A stretch of DNA of 64,000 nt, taken from positions 69,998,001 through 70,062,000 of the forward strand of contig OZ024742.1 in assembly GCA_964016885.1 (NCBI GenBank), read 5' to 3'. The DNA is from Eledone cirrhosa (Eukaryota). The notes under the pieces are model-generated. The model did not search any database and was not told the DNA's origin. It worked only from the letters and a program-made list of their open reading frames with translations. The translations under genes and the position numbers were made by a program. Shown here piece after piece: positions 46,836 through 61,870 of the stretch (its first letter is position 1; every line of letters starts with the position of its first letter).

Positions 46836-47174
46836 AATATGGTTTTATAAATATAGTTTCCATTTATTTAATATCGTAAATATACTCCAAATACTTGTTG
46901 AGTGCTTTTATATCAGTTATAAATATTTACTCGTTGTAACCCAACAATTTAAATAAAACTTTGCATATATATATATATATATATATTTTTTTTTTCTTAT
47001 ATTTATTTGCGTGTGTGAATATGTAGAGGAGTGCATTTATGTATGTGTATGTATGTACGTGTGTATATATGTATGATTGTGTGCATGTATGTATGTATGT
47101 TTATGCATGTGTGCATGGCTATGTTTGTGTATGTGTATGCTTGTACACATACATATATATATATGTATATGTGG

Positions 47175-47206
<32 letters not shown>

Positions 47207-47410
47207 ATGTATATGTATTTATATTTATGTTTCTATGTGTATGTATGTGTATATATATGTGTGTGTGTATGTATGCTTTTGTGTTTTTGTGTGTGTGTTT
47301 GCATGTGTAGTTTTATTTATTTTTCCTTTCCTTCTTCCTTCTACAGCCTCACTTTCATATAGATTGCATTTTTGTTTTAAAATCCAAATTCAATAAACAG
47401 ACCAGGATTT

Positions 47411-47470
47411 TTTCATTCTGAGGATTGAAAGCAAAATCTTTTGCTTTTAAGAAACCACTGGTAAATGAAA
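47411..47470 (+). ncRNA. Type I HHR (PLE-1 distal)
   Basis: tttcatt-CTGAGGA-ttgaaagcaaa atct tttgcttttaa-GAAA-ccactgg-TA-aatgaaa; 7-bp stem I, 11-bp stem II. Confidence 0.88.
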
Positions 47471-47495
47471 TAATCGCCTTATGTTGTTTATTACA

Positions 47496-47537
<42 letters not shown>

Positions 47538-47731
47538 GATAAATCTACCAAGAGTTTACGGTAGTGTCCAATCCGTATGAAGAACTCAATGTAATCCGGA
47601 TATCATGGAAAGAAGAGATGCAATGAAAAATCACTTTCGGTGAAAGATAAACGGAATACAGAGTCAAGATAAAATATTAAAAAAATAATGAATAAAACAA
47701 TGAAACAGTTCCTTATATTAAACAAAAAAAG

Positions 47732-47885
47732 TTCATTATTTAACGATCGTTTCTAGGATATATATGTGTTAGAATTGGCATGCATATTCAACAGATCTAT
47801 GTACAAAATTATACAAAATTATACAAACTATCAAAATTAAATATACATACCAACACATATATATGCCGTCTTCAGAAATAATGAA
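47732..47885 (-). ncRNA. Type I HHR with long stem II (PLE-2 3' pLTR)
   Basis: Same motif as 58734-58887. Confidence 0.65.
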
Positions 47886-48497
47886 ATATATTTATTGATA
47901 ATAACAACAATTCAAAATTACAGGTCTGTTTGGGAACAGAGTTCAAATTGACCAATGAAAACACAAAAAGTTTATACAGTTAGGTGTGTGTATATATGTA
48001 AGTAACTTCGTTCACAGATATGCATAAAAATATATGTTCACATGCATACGCATGCCGAAAAGATGTATGTAAATACAAAAATTCAAGGCTAATGTCTCTG
48101 TATGTTTATGATCTACAGATAAAATACGTATACGCATATAAACATATAAATATAAAAATAAAAAAATAAAAAAATAAATATATACACACATTCATATACT
48201 CACACATATACGTACATTCACACACACACGCGCGTATACGCATAAACATACACACAACCACGAACATACATACACACACACACTCCCACACACATATATG
48301 TGTATATACTATTATCATAAGCATATGGACATTAATGCGCGCACATAAACACTGCCACACATATTTAGATCCAGATACAGAAAGTAGGTGGGGGGGGGGG
48401 AAGAGGTCAGTATTTAGCGGTGTCAGCAAACTGCCTATTTATAAATGTATCTATAAATTTAGAAATAAAAAGAAAAAGAAAAAAGAAATATATTAAG

Positions 48498-48620
<123 letters not shown>

Positions 48621-48660
48621 AAGTAAAATATAAAATATACATCGATATATATACATATAC

Positions 48661-48691
<31 letters not shown>

Positions 48692-48894
48692 TACATACAT
48701 ATACATACACATATACATAAACACATACATACACATACATATACATACACACACCATATAAATACACATACACATACACACACGCATACATATAGAGACA
48801 CATACATATACACATATAAATACATAGACATATACACATATACACACATATATATATAAACATACACACATACATATATATATATACATTCACA

Positions 48895-48934
<40 letters not shown>

Positions 48935-49016
48935 CTACACACATATATAAACACACTCATGTATATACACACATACACATACATACCCACACATATATAT
49001 ATATATATATACACAT

Positions 49017-49115
<99 letters not shown>

Positions 49116-49179
49116 GATACATACACACATATACACATACACATATACAAAGATATATATACATACACACACACATATA

Positions 49180-49222
<43 letters not shown>

Positions 49223-49641
49223 TATATACATACATACACACACATACATACTCATACATAGACATACATATATACTCACATACATACACACATACATATA
49301 CGCATATATACACATACATACACATCCATGTATGCGTATATACATACAAACACCACCACACGCTCACACAACTCAGACATACATAAATAAAGGGATATAC
49401 ATACACATATATACATATATAAATAGAGATACATATACACATATAAATATATACACACGTACACACACATACATACACATACATATACACACGCTCACAC
49501 AACTCAGACATACATAAATAAAGGGATATACATACACATATATACATATATAAATAGAGATACATATACACATATAAATATATACACACCTACACACACA
49601 CACACACATATATACACATACATACACACATACATATATAT

Positions 49642-49726
<85 letters not shown>

Positions 49727-49747
49727 CACACATCAACTACAAATATA

Positions 49748-49792
<45 letters not shown>

Positions 49793-49902
49793 TCACATAT
49801 ACATGCGCACATACGTACATATATACACATACACACATATACACATAGACGTATACATGTGCATACATATACATACACACATATACCCACATAAATACTT
49901 AG

Positions 49903-49961
<59 letters not shown>

Positions 49962-51167
49962 CACATATATATATATATATACACACAATCATACACCCTT
50001 ATTTACATGCGCACATATGTATTTTTATACTCACATACAAACACCCAAACATACATACCTACCTACATATACATACATACAACCACGCTTACAAATACAA
50101 ATAATAATAGGGGGGAAGGGGGGGAGAAGGGGATTACAGTAAATATAGGTTTCAAGAAACATAGAATATTAATCTGCATTTAGATCATAATATGTGTTTA
50201 CATAGTAGTTTCAGTATTAGGAAGTGTAAGAAAGAAGGCAAAATTATGCATTTTAATATAAGTAGACTATTAATTATAGGTTAACTAAATTAAAGATAGT
50301 TAATATATTGATTTCTAAGGTGTATACTACTTAGGTTTATAATATTTGAAGCGGAATTTTGAAGTTAAATAGTAGTAGAGTATTAATTATAGTATAACTA
50401 AATTAAAATTATTAACGTTATGGTATCAATATTAGGAAATGAATTTAGTAATAGGGAAAAAAACAAATAAAGTATTACATCGGTAGTAGAATATAAATTA
50501 TAGGTTAACTAAATTAAAAATTATATATTGATTTCTATAGTATATGTTAATTTGGTTTATAATAATTAAAACAGATATTGTATTTTATCTATAGTAGAAT
50601 ATAATTATAGGTAAACAGAAATTAAAATTAATACATACACATATATATATATACATATACATATATATATATATATATATACATATATATACATACATAT
50701 ACATATTTTTTCAAAAATTGCAAAGAATATATTAACTAGGTATACATCCAAAACCTATCTCAGTCTATGATTACAAGACACTCTGCAATCCATCTGTATT
50801 AGGATATTAATTTTAAGCCAATTAAATTAAATTTTTAGGTTAAACAAATTTAAAACCAAATTATAAATATATTTCTAAAATGTACATTAATTAGGTCTAT
50901 AATATTAAAAATTATTTCTCTGTCATTGAATACACGATATTTTGTTATATTTTATCTGTAAAGGAATTTTAATAAAAGGTTAAATAAATTAAAATTAATC
51001 TATAAATTAATTTACGAAGTATATATTAGTAATATTTAAAATTTTTTCACAATTTATGATTACACAATATTTTATAATCTCATCTGTAGTAGAATTTTAA
51101 TTAAATTAAATTTATAGGTTAACTAACATTTAAATTAAATTATATATTAATTTCTAAAATAATGTTA

Positions 51168-53603
51168 TTAATTAGGTTTATAATATTTAAATGTTTTTCT
51201 TAGTTTATGATTACACGATATAATTAATTCCTGTCGTTTATTTAATAGGATATCCTTAGATTTCATTATTTCAAATAGTTCTTGGGAACATAATCTACAT
51301 TCATTTCTATTATTTTGATAAGGGGTGGCTCTTTTGAGCACACTCCAGGTCATATCATATTCTATATTCTTATTTTTATAACTATTGATTTTTTCTGCTA
51401 GATATGTTGTATTAGCCAGTGCGGCGTTTTTAAAACTATGTTTGTGGGTATTAAACCTTAACTTAAAATTGTTAGAAGTAGCTCCTATATATGAGCAAAT
51501 AGAATCTTTAGTTTTAACATTACATTTATAAACTATGTTGTTAACAAGACAATTTCCTTTTAATGGGCAGTTTGCTTTGTTTCTACAGTTACAACCTTTC
51601 GTTAATTCTGTATTTGAGGAGATATTATGGTTAGTTTGATGTATTGGTGGTATACTTATGGTATTCTTACATTTATATGCATTATAGGCACTTATATTTT
51701 GTTTTATGTTATTTGTTGTTGAGTATGAGAATTTAACTGTAGACCTATTTAAGATTTGATGGTATTTGTGGTTTGGCGGGAAGTTTTTCTCTAGGATATA
51801 AAAAATTTTTTTAGCAATATTATCCTTAATTTGTAAATTAAATGGAGCATTATACCAAGTAACTCGTCTATTACGGTTTCTATGTTGTTTATTATTTTTA
51901 TAGGTTGTATCGTGATGTTTACTAGGAGGATTAATGTTAATGATCTCACCACGCACATTTTTAGTTAGATTTGTAGATTTAGGTGTTTTATCTTGTTTAT
52001 TAGGAGTTTTATTATTAACATTTATTAGAGTTGTATGATGAGTAGTTTTTTGAGAGTTACTATACTTTATATTAGAAGAGTTGTTGGTATTTTGGGGTAT
52101 AGTGTGGGTGGCATTTAGGTGTGTACTTTTCATTTGGTGTTTGTTGGTAATATTAGGTTGTATGTTTATAGTATTTTTAGTAGAAGGTATATATTCTAAT
52201 CTATTTTTGTGGCCACTTCTATCTAGAGCTTCGTTATAGAAGGTCGCATTTTTATCAAATACATCTTGGTTAGAAGAAAGGTTAGAAATTCTAAGTGATA
52301 TATTATATGCAAGGTTTTTAAGGATCGATTTAGGGTGATTAGATTGTGAGTGTATGTAGTGTCAGTTTTGGTTGGGTTTATGGTAAGGTTGGTAGATACC
52401 CGTAGCTAAGTCTAAAGTTATATCTAGGAAATTTACTACTTTACTTGTTTTTTCAAAAGTAATATGAAGACTATAATAGTCTTTAAGGAAAGTTCTAATA
52501 TGCTTTTTGTTTTTTTCTATTTCTGAAAGGCTAAGGTTGTTGGAAAGAAGAAGACAGTCATCACGATATAAACCACCTTTAAGGTGGGGAAAGGAGGCAT
52601 TTATGTTGAAAAGGAGAAAGAGGCCCACAAGATCAGTAATTTGGGCGGAATCGCTTGAACCCATAGTAATATCAAATAGATTACTATATGTGTTTCTGGT
52701 CCAGTATTCATTCTGAAATTCAAAAAGTGTTAGTCTAGCATGTGTAATAATATTAATGTCATCCAAAGTTAAGTTAGATCTATTTTTAGCAAATATCAAT
52801 GCTTTGTTCAGGAGTATAGGTATATAGAAGAATAGTAATTATCTATATCAAATTGTAAAAATGAAGCAGAAGATTTACATCTAATATTTTTAAACCAGTT
52901 AATTACCTGGGAAGTGTTTTCCCAGAGTGGTAAAATAACGTGTTTTCTTATTTGTGGGATGACTCTATCCAAAGTTTTTTTGCTAATTATTCCAATATCA
53001 GATTTGGAGGGACATATAAGTCTTATAGAAGGATTTGAGTTAAAGTTTGATTTATGATCCTTCAGGTTGAAGTGTGGTCTTTTCAATGCCAAAGGTTCAG
53101 TTCTATCTTCAATGTTTAGTTTTTTTACTATGTTGTGTGTTTTGTTGTTGATGTTGGTGAGTGACGCATTATTAGTTTTTTTTATAATTTTTCCTGAGTT
53201 CTTTATATATGAACTCATTATAATCTTCAATATCCATGTGATACAAGTTACCAGTTTTGTCCGAGTGGACAGGAATTTTTTTAGACTTTTTTAGGTCCAA
53301 TAGGGTAGAATCAAGGTCCTTTTGAAAGACAGATTTATACTTTTTAAATTTGAGGTGTTTAATTAAATTAAAAAGGTCTTTCTCAAAGTCTTCAAGCAAA
53401 GAGTTGTGTGGTGGATTCTTGTAAGTATTGAAATCATACATATATTTCCTATCTGCATATTTAGATTTTTTATCGAAGTGGTAGGCCCTCCATCTAACTC
53501 TTCTGATAAATTGGTTAGTTTTTTGAATCATAAGGAGCAAGAAATCATCCTTAGAAGGTATTGGTATGTTCTTTAAAGAGGTTCCCAAGTATTGTTTTTC
53601 CAT
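51168..53603 (-). pseudogene. PLE-2 polyprotein (N-terminus, RT, linker, GIY-YIG), ~810 codons, 2 frameshifts and 1 stop
   Basis: [83 protein letters not shown]; shifts at ~53180 and ~52820, TGA at 52362-52364. Confidence 0.93.
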
Positions 53604-53953
53604 TGTGATATAGATGATGGACAATTGAAAGAGTTCAACTAAATGTATATGGGTTTACAAAATCATACATATATATGTATATACATAAATATAAAATAAA
53701 CACACACATACAGTACAAAAATACGAATATTTCCGTGAAAATAGGAGCAAAATTATGTAGATAAATCTACCAAGAGTTTACGGTAGTGTCCAATCCGTAT
53801 GAAGAACTCAATGTAATCCGGATATCATGGAAAGAAGAGATGCAATGAAAAATCACTTTCGGTGAAAGATAAACGGAATACAGAGTCAAGATAAAATATT
53901 TAAAAAATAATGAATAAAACAATGAAACAGTTCCTTATATTAAACAAAAAAAG

Positions 53954-54107
53954 TTCATTATTTAACGATCGTTTCTAGGATATATATGTGTTAGAATTGG
54001 CATGCATATTCAACAGATCTATGTACAAAATTATACAAAATTATACAAACTATCAAAATTAAATATACATACCAACACATATATATGCCGTCTTCAGAAA
54101 TAATGAA
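53954..54107 (-). ncRNA. Type I HHR (PLE-2 5' pLTR)
   Basis: Same motif as 58734-58887, ~350 nt upstream of the ORF start. Confidence 0.65.
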
Positions 54108-54718
54108 ATATATTTATTGATAATAACAACAATTCAAAATTACAGGTCTGTTTGGGAACAGAGTTCAAATTGACCAATGAAAACACAAAAAGTTTATACA
54201 GTTAGGTGTGTGTATATATGTAAGTAACTTCGTTCACAGATATGCATAAAAATATATGTTCACATGCATACGCATGCCGAAAAGATGTATGTAAATACAA
54301 AAATTCAAGGCTAATGTCTCTGTATGTTTATAATCTACAGATAAAATACGTATACGCATATAAACATATAAATATAAAAATAAAAAAATAAAAAAATAAA
54401 TATATACACACATTCATATACTCACACATATACGTACATTCACACACACACGCGCGTATACGCATAAACATACACACAACCACGAACATACATACACACA
54501 CACACTCCCACACACATATATGTGTATATACTATTATCATAAGCATATGGACATTAATGCGCGCACATAAACACTGCCACACATATTTAGATCCAGATAC
54601 AGAAAGTAGGTGGGGGCGGGGGAGAGGTCAGTATTTAGCGGTGTCAGCAAACTGCCTATTTATAAATGTATCTATAAATTTAGAAATAAAAAGAAAAAGA
54701 AAAAAGAAATATATTAAG

Positions 54719-54837
<119 letters not shown>

Positions 54838-54874
54838 AACAAGTAAAATATAAAATATACATCGATATACATAC

Positions 54875-54923
<49 letters not shown>

Positions 54924-54927
<4 letters not shown>

Positions 54928-55349
54928 ACTGTAGAAACGAAGCAAACTGCCCATTAAAAGGAAATTGTCTTGTTAACAACATAGTTTATAAATGTAATGT
55001 TAAAACTAAAGATTCTATTTGCTCATATATAGGAGCTACTTCTAACAATTTTAAGGTAAGGTTTAATACCCACAAACATAGTTTTAAAAACGCCGCACTG
55101 GCTAATACAACATCTCTAGCAGAAAAAATCAATAGTTATAAAAATAAGAATATAGAATATGATATGACCTGGAGTTTGCTCAAAAGAGCCACCCCTTATC
55201 AAAATAATAGAAATGAATGTAGATTATGTTCCCAAGAACTATTTGAAATAATGAAATCTAAGGATATCCTATTAAATAAACGACAGGAATTAATTATATC
55301 GTGTAATCATAAACTAAGAAAAACATTTAAATATTATAAACCTAATTAA
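54924..55349 (+). pseudogene. Inverted copy of the PLE-2 GIY-YIG domain
   Basis: Starts [15 protein letters not shown] and ends FKYYKPN*. Confidence 0.9.
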
Positions 55350-55815
55350 TAACATTATTTTAGAAATTAATATATAATTTAATTTAAATGTTAGTTAACC
55401 TATAAATTTAATTTAATTAAAATTCTACTACAGATGAGATTATAAAATATTGTGTAATCATAAATTGTGAAAAAATTTTAAATATTACTAATATATACTT
55501 CGTAAATTAATTTATAGATTAATTTTAATTTATTTAACCTTTTATTAAAATTCCTTTACAGATAAAATATAACAAAATATCGTGTATTCAATGACAGAGA
55601 AATAATTTTTAATATTATAGACCTAATTAATGTACATTTTAGAAATATATTTATAATTTGGTTTTAAATTTGTTTAACCTAAAAATTTAATTTAATTGGC
55701 TTAAAATTAATATCCTAATACAGATGGATTGCAGAGTGTCTTGTAATCATAGACTGAGATAGGTTTTGGATGTATACCTAGTTAATATATTCTTTGCAAA
55801 TTTTGAAAAAATATG

Positions 55816-55938
<123 letters not shown>

Positions 55939-56416
55939 GTATATATATATATGTGTATGTATTAATTTTAATTTCTGTTTACCTATAATTATATTCTACT
56001 ATAGATAAAATACAATATCTGTTTTAATTATTATAAACCAAATTAACATATACTATAGAAATCAATATATAATTTTTAATTTAGTTAACCTATAATTAAT
56101 AGTCTACTTATATTAAAATGCATAATTTTGCCTTCTTTCTTACACTTCCTAATACTGAAACTACTATGTAAACACATATTATGATCTAAATGCAGATTAA
56201 TATTCTATGTTTCTTGAAACCTATATTTACTATAATCCCATTCTCCCCCCCCCCCCCCTCCCCCCCTATTATTATTTGTATTTGTAAGCGTGGTTGTATG
56301 TATGTATATGTAGGTAGGTATGTATGTTTGGGTGTTTGTATGTGAGTATAAAAATACATATGTGTGCATGTAAATAAGGGTGTATGATTGTGTGTATATA
56401 TATATATATATGTGTG

Positions 56417-56463
<47 letters not shown>

Positions 56464-56647
56464 CTAAGTATTTATGTGGGTATATGTGTGTATGTATATG
56501 TATGCACATGTATACGTCTATGTGTATATGTGTGTATGTGTATATATGTACGTATGTGCGCATGTATATGTGAGTGTGTGTATATATATATATATATATA
56601 TATTTGTAGTTGATGTGTGTATGTGTATATATATATGTATGTATATG

Positions 56648-56726
<79 letters not shown>

Positions 56727-56852
56727 ATGTATATATATATGTATATGTATGTGTGTGCATATTTGTCTGACTGTGTGTATTAATTTATTTATTTATTTAT
56801 TTCTTTTATTTCTTTATTTTTTTATATATATGTATATATATATATATATGTG

Positions 56853-56931
<79 letters not shown>

Positions 56932-57429
56932 ATATATATGTATGTGTGTATGTATGTCTATGTATGTGTGTGTGTGTGTGTACGTGTGTATATATTTATA
57001 TGTGTATATGTATCTCTATTTATATATGTATATATGTGTATGTATATCCCTTTATTTATGTATGTCTGAGTTGTGTGAGCGTGTGTATATGTATGTGTAT
57101 GTATATCCCTTTATTTATGTATGTCTGAGTTGTGTGAGCGTGTGTATATGTATGTGTATGTATGTGTGTGTGTGTGTGTACGTGTGTATATATTTATATG
57201 TGTATATGTATCTCTATTTATATATGTATATATGTGTATGTATATCCCTTTATTTATGTATGTCTGAGTTGTGTGAGCGTGTGGTGGTGTTTGTATGTAT
57301 ATACGCATACATGTATGTGTATGTGTGTGTATATATGCCTATATGTATGTGTGTATGTATGTGAGTATATATGTATGTCTATGTATGAGTATGTATGTGT
57401 GTGTATGTATGTATATATATGTGTGTGTA

Positions 57430-57461
<32 letters not shown>

Positions 57462-57520
57462 TATATGTGTGTGTGTATGTATATATATCTTTGTATATGT
57501 GTATGTGTATATGTGTGCAT

Positions 57521-57572
<52 letters not shown>

Positions 57573-57650
57573 ATGTGTATATATATATATGTGTGTGGGT
57601 ATGTATGTGTATGTGTGTATATACATGAGTGTGTTTATATATGTGTGTAG

Positions 57651-57740
<90 letters not shown>

Positions 57741-57943
57741 TGTGAATGTATATATATATATGTATGTGTGTATGTTTATATATATATGTGTGTATATGTG
57801 TATATGTCTATGTATTTATATGTGTATATGTATGTGTCTCTATATGTATGCGTGTGTGTATGTGTATGTGTATTTATATGGTGTGTGTATGTATATGTAT
57901 GTGTATGTATGTGTTTATGTATATGTGTATGTATATGTATGTA

Positions 57944-57990
<47 letters not shown>

Positions 57991-58027
57991 GTATGTATAT
58001 CGATGTATATTTTATATTTTACTTGTT

Positions 58028-58121
<94 letters not shown>

Positions 58122-58733
58122 CTTAATATATTTCTTTTTTCTTTTTCTTTTTATTTCTAAATTTATAGATACATTTATAAATAGGCAGTTTGCTGACACC
58201 GCTAAATACTGACCTCTCCCCCCCCCCCCACCTACTTTCTGTATCTGGATCTAAATATGTGTGGCAGTGTTTATGTGCGCGCATTAATGTCCATATGCTT
58301 ATGATAATAGTATATACACATATATGTGTGTGGGAGTGTGTGTGTGTATGTATGTTCGTGGTTGTGTGTATGTTTATGCGTATACGCGCGTGTGTGTGTG
58401 AATGTACGTATATGTGTGAGTATATGAATGTGTGTATATATTTATTTTTTTATTTTTTTATTTTTATATTTATATGTTTATATGCGTATACGTATTTTAT
58501 CTGTAGATTATAAACATACAGAGACATTAGCCTTGAATTTTTGTATTTACATACATCTTTTCGGCATGCGTATGCATGTGAACATATATTTTTATGCATA
58601 TCTGTGAACGAAGTTACTTACATATATACACACACCTAACTGTATAAACTTTTTGTGTTTTCATTGGTCAATTTGAACTCTGTTCCCAAACAGACCTGTA
58701 ATTTTGAATTGTTGTTATTATCAATAAATATAT

Positions 58734-58887
58734 TTCATTATTTCTGAAGACGGCATATATATGTGTTGGTATGTATATTTAATTTTGATAGTTTGTATAA
58801 TTTTGTATAATTTTGTACATAGATCTGTTGAATATGCATGCCAATTCTAACACATATATATCCTAGAAACGATCGTTAAATAATGAA
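58734..58887 (+). ncRNA. Type I HHR with ~115-nt stem II
   Basis: ttcattattt-CTGAAGA-cggcatatatatgtgttgg...ctaacacatatatatccta-GAAA-cgatcg-TT-aaataatgaa; 10-bp stem I, imperfect stem II base. Confidence 0.65.
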
Positions 58888-58953
58888 CTTTTTTTGTTTA
58901 ATATAAGGAACTGTTTCATTGTTTTATTCATTATTTTTTTAATATTTTATATA

Positions 58954-58989
<36 letters not shown>

Positions 58990-59536
58990 TGTATGTATGT
59001 ATGTATGTATGTATGTATGTATGTATGTATGCATGTATATATGTATGTATTTATGTATACAACTATACACACTTCCATAAATAGAAAGAAAAAACCACCA
59101 CCGTTAAATAGGTCTGTCTCGCTGTCTGAGTTATTCAGAGATTGAAACCTTTGTTTACCTGTGAATATTCCCACACTATACTTTCACCAATGTTTCAATA
59201 TACAGGCTCTGACCGATTTCGAACCTGCATCCACTTTTTCGGCAGTAGCGGGCGCCAATCACATATGAGAAATGTTTGCAAATTACAGTCAAACACTTTG
59301 TCTTTTTGATACCTCTATATTATTGTTTTTTTTTTGTAGGTATTCCTATTATTGTTGTAATGGTAGCTTTGAAAGTGGTGTTTTTATTGTTATAGATACT
59401 GTTGTAATCCATAGTGTTGTTGGTTCTGTTGCTTTTGTTGCTTTTGTTGCTGAGGTTCCGGTTGACGTGCTTTTCGCATTGTTTGTTGCATATATCGTCG
59501 TTGTCAAAAGTGTAGCTGTCGTTGTTGTTGTTCTCG

Positions 59537-59605
<69 letters not shown>

Positions 59606-59904
59606 CTGTTGGAGGCGGCGGCGGTGGTGGTAGTGGTGTTGGTGGTTGCAGATCTATTGATTTCGATAGTGTTGGGTTTGGTAGAAGTTTTGCGTTGTAT
59701 TTGTTCTGCATATTGTTGTAGGTGGTGTCATTGTTTCTGCCCGTGGTTTAGTCGATGCGTTATTTGTTGTTGTTATTATTATTATTTTTTATTGTTGATG
59801 TTGTTATTGCTGTTGGTGGAAGTATTGGTGTTGATGCTTTTTAAAAATATTATTATTCACGATTATACATCGAAGTTACATCAAATTACTAAGTACTTAC
59901 ATGC

Positions 59905-59983
<79 letters not shown>

Positions 59984-60229
59984 TCTCTCTCTTTCTCTTT
60001 CTCTCTCTCCCTCTCGCTCTCTCTGAATAAGGAGCAACTTTTCAAACATGCAATATTAAAGACATCACTGAATTCAAGTTTGATTTCATATTTCCTTATT
60101 AGTTTTCATGTTTGTCTTGGAACAATAGCTTTCCCAAATCTATTAGTTTATTTAGATTTCGAGACTTTAACGGCCCCATTATCAGAATGAAAATGATGGT
60201 AGTAATGGCACGTTGCTCGCATGCTTTAC

Positions 60230-61870
60230 TGTCGATCGCAGAAAACCATTGACATACTGTTAATATATTCAATGCCAAGCTTTAAAAAATGTAAGGGGTG
60301 GTATGAATACCGAATTGAAGATAGCGAGTTTGGCTTTTACACCTATCTCCCTCCTGGTTACCGAATGCTGAAGCTGGCGCATTACTGCACATGCTCCTGC
60401 AATTCTTGAACTTAATGAAGCCTCCTTCCTTCTATCATTCGTGAACACGGCCCCTATACACTTCAACTTCTTCACTTGCTTTAGTGAAACTCTTTTCGCA
60501 TGTAGAGTGCACTGCGCAGGCTTTCTAGGGTGGACGAGTGTCTCAGTCTTTGCAGCATTGATTTTCATTCCAACTATGCAGCCCTCGTAATTAAACATTA
60601 TCAAATGCATGTCGGAAATTACCTTCGGACCAGATAAGTAATACCATGGTATCTGCAAACTTCAGTCAACTGATCCTACCTCCGCTAGTTGAACAGTACG
60701 TACCCTTGACTCCCACATTGAAGGGTTTTGATTTAGCACCATTTATCCGAACATAAATATTCGGGCATTCCTATAAAGACATCAGAGCAAAATGAAGCTG
60801 TCCGTCGATCCCATACTCCTGCGGGACCTTCTACAGAAGGTTCCGGGGAACACGGTCGTGTGCCTTTTCGAGATCTACGAAGCAAAAATACATCTTTTGG
60901 CAGTACTTCCACGATTTCTCAAAAGCCTGTGTGAATATTTAGTCGGCTAGGCTACATCCGGGGCAAAAATGACACTGTTCATCGACAATCTACCTACGTC
61001 TCTTTACTAGACACTTATCATAGACTTTACTGGGGAGGATTAACAAGGAAATCCCTTTATAATTGGAGCGATCACTCTTGCCTCCCTTTTCGAAAATTGG
61101 GATTATCATGCCACCTCACACCACCCACGATTTCCATCGCTTAGGTGCCTTTCCATAGATCTAGGTCAGACGGTACACACGAGTCAGCCAGAGAAACCCT
61201 ACTCTATTTAAGGCTTTTGAAATCACGGGTCGAATTTCAAACTCCCCTCCCCCAGCAGACTTTCCACATTTGAGCTTTTTAATAGCTCTTGTAATTTCGG
61301 CCTCCGGTACGTTAGTCATCGCTCCCGGATGAACTCCGTATACATCAGAAGATACTGTTGTGATCAAGTTTAAAAGACCAGCAAAGCATTCTGTCCACCT
61401 CACGAGGATGCACCTCTCTGAAGAGAGAACCCCAGACGCGTTCTTGATAGCAGGTATGGAGGAGAACTTTGTGTTACGAAGTCAGTGGATGGTTTGCCAA
61501 AACACTTTATTTGCTGATCTAATGTCGGATTCTAGCTTAAACCCAAAGTCTTCCCATGATTTAACTTTGTACCTCTTTATTGTCTCTGTTGCAACTTTTT
61601 ACTCGGATAGCATCTTTGACCACTTGATTGCTATCCGGCGCCACATCAAGCCGCTTTTGCAGATAACTAGATGGTGATCAGTTGGCAGCTCAGCCCTTCT
61701 CTTAACGTGAACATAACATCGAAGAGACCAGAAACAATAACAAAATCAACTATAGATCTCAGATTCCCCTTATATCATGAATATTTATAGATGTCTCAGT
61801 GCTGGAAGAAGGTATTCCTAATAGAGGGTCCATTGCTAGAGTAATGGCTTATGCCCAGCAATGCCATGAA
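60230..61870 (-). pseudogene. Decayed RTE-clade LINE (APE end plus RT)
   Basis: Remnants TDHHLV, WTECFAGLLN, AIKKLKCGKSAG, KGISLL, FVDLEKAHDRVPR, MKINAAKTE. Confidence 0.8.

Noticed and set aside
52362-52364. In-frame TGA in PLE-2 as selenocysteine (as in some Naiad PLEs)
   Set aside because: Aligns with Leu in PLE-1 (KPNENLRYIH vs KPNQN*HYIH), not Cys; the TGA at ~39050 aligns with an aromatic residue; both are best read as nonsense mutations
59272-60190. Ser/Gly- and Val/Leu-rich ORFs
   Set aside because: Derived from (TAG)n, (GGT)n, (TTG)n and (CT)n low-complexity tracts
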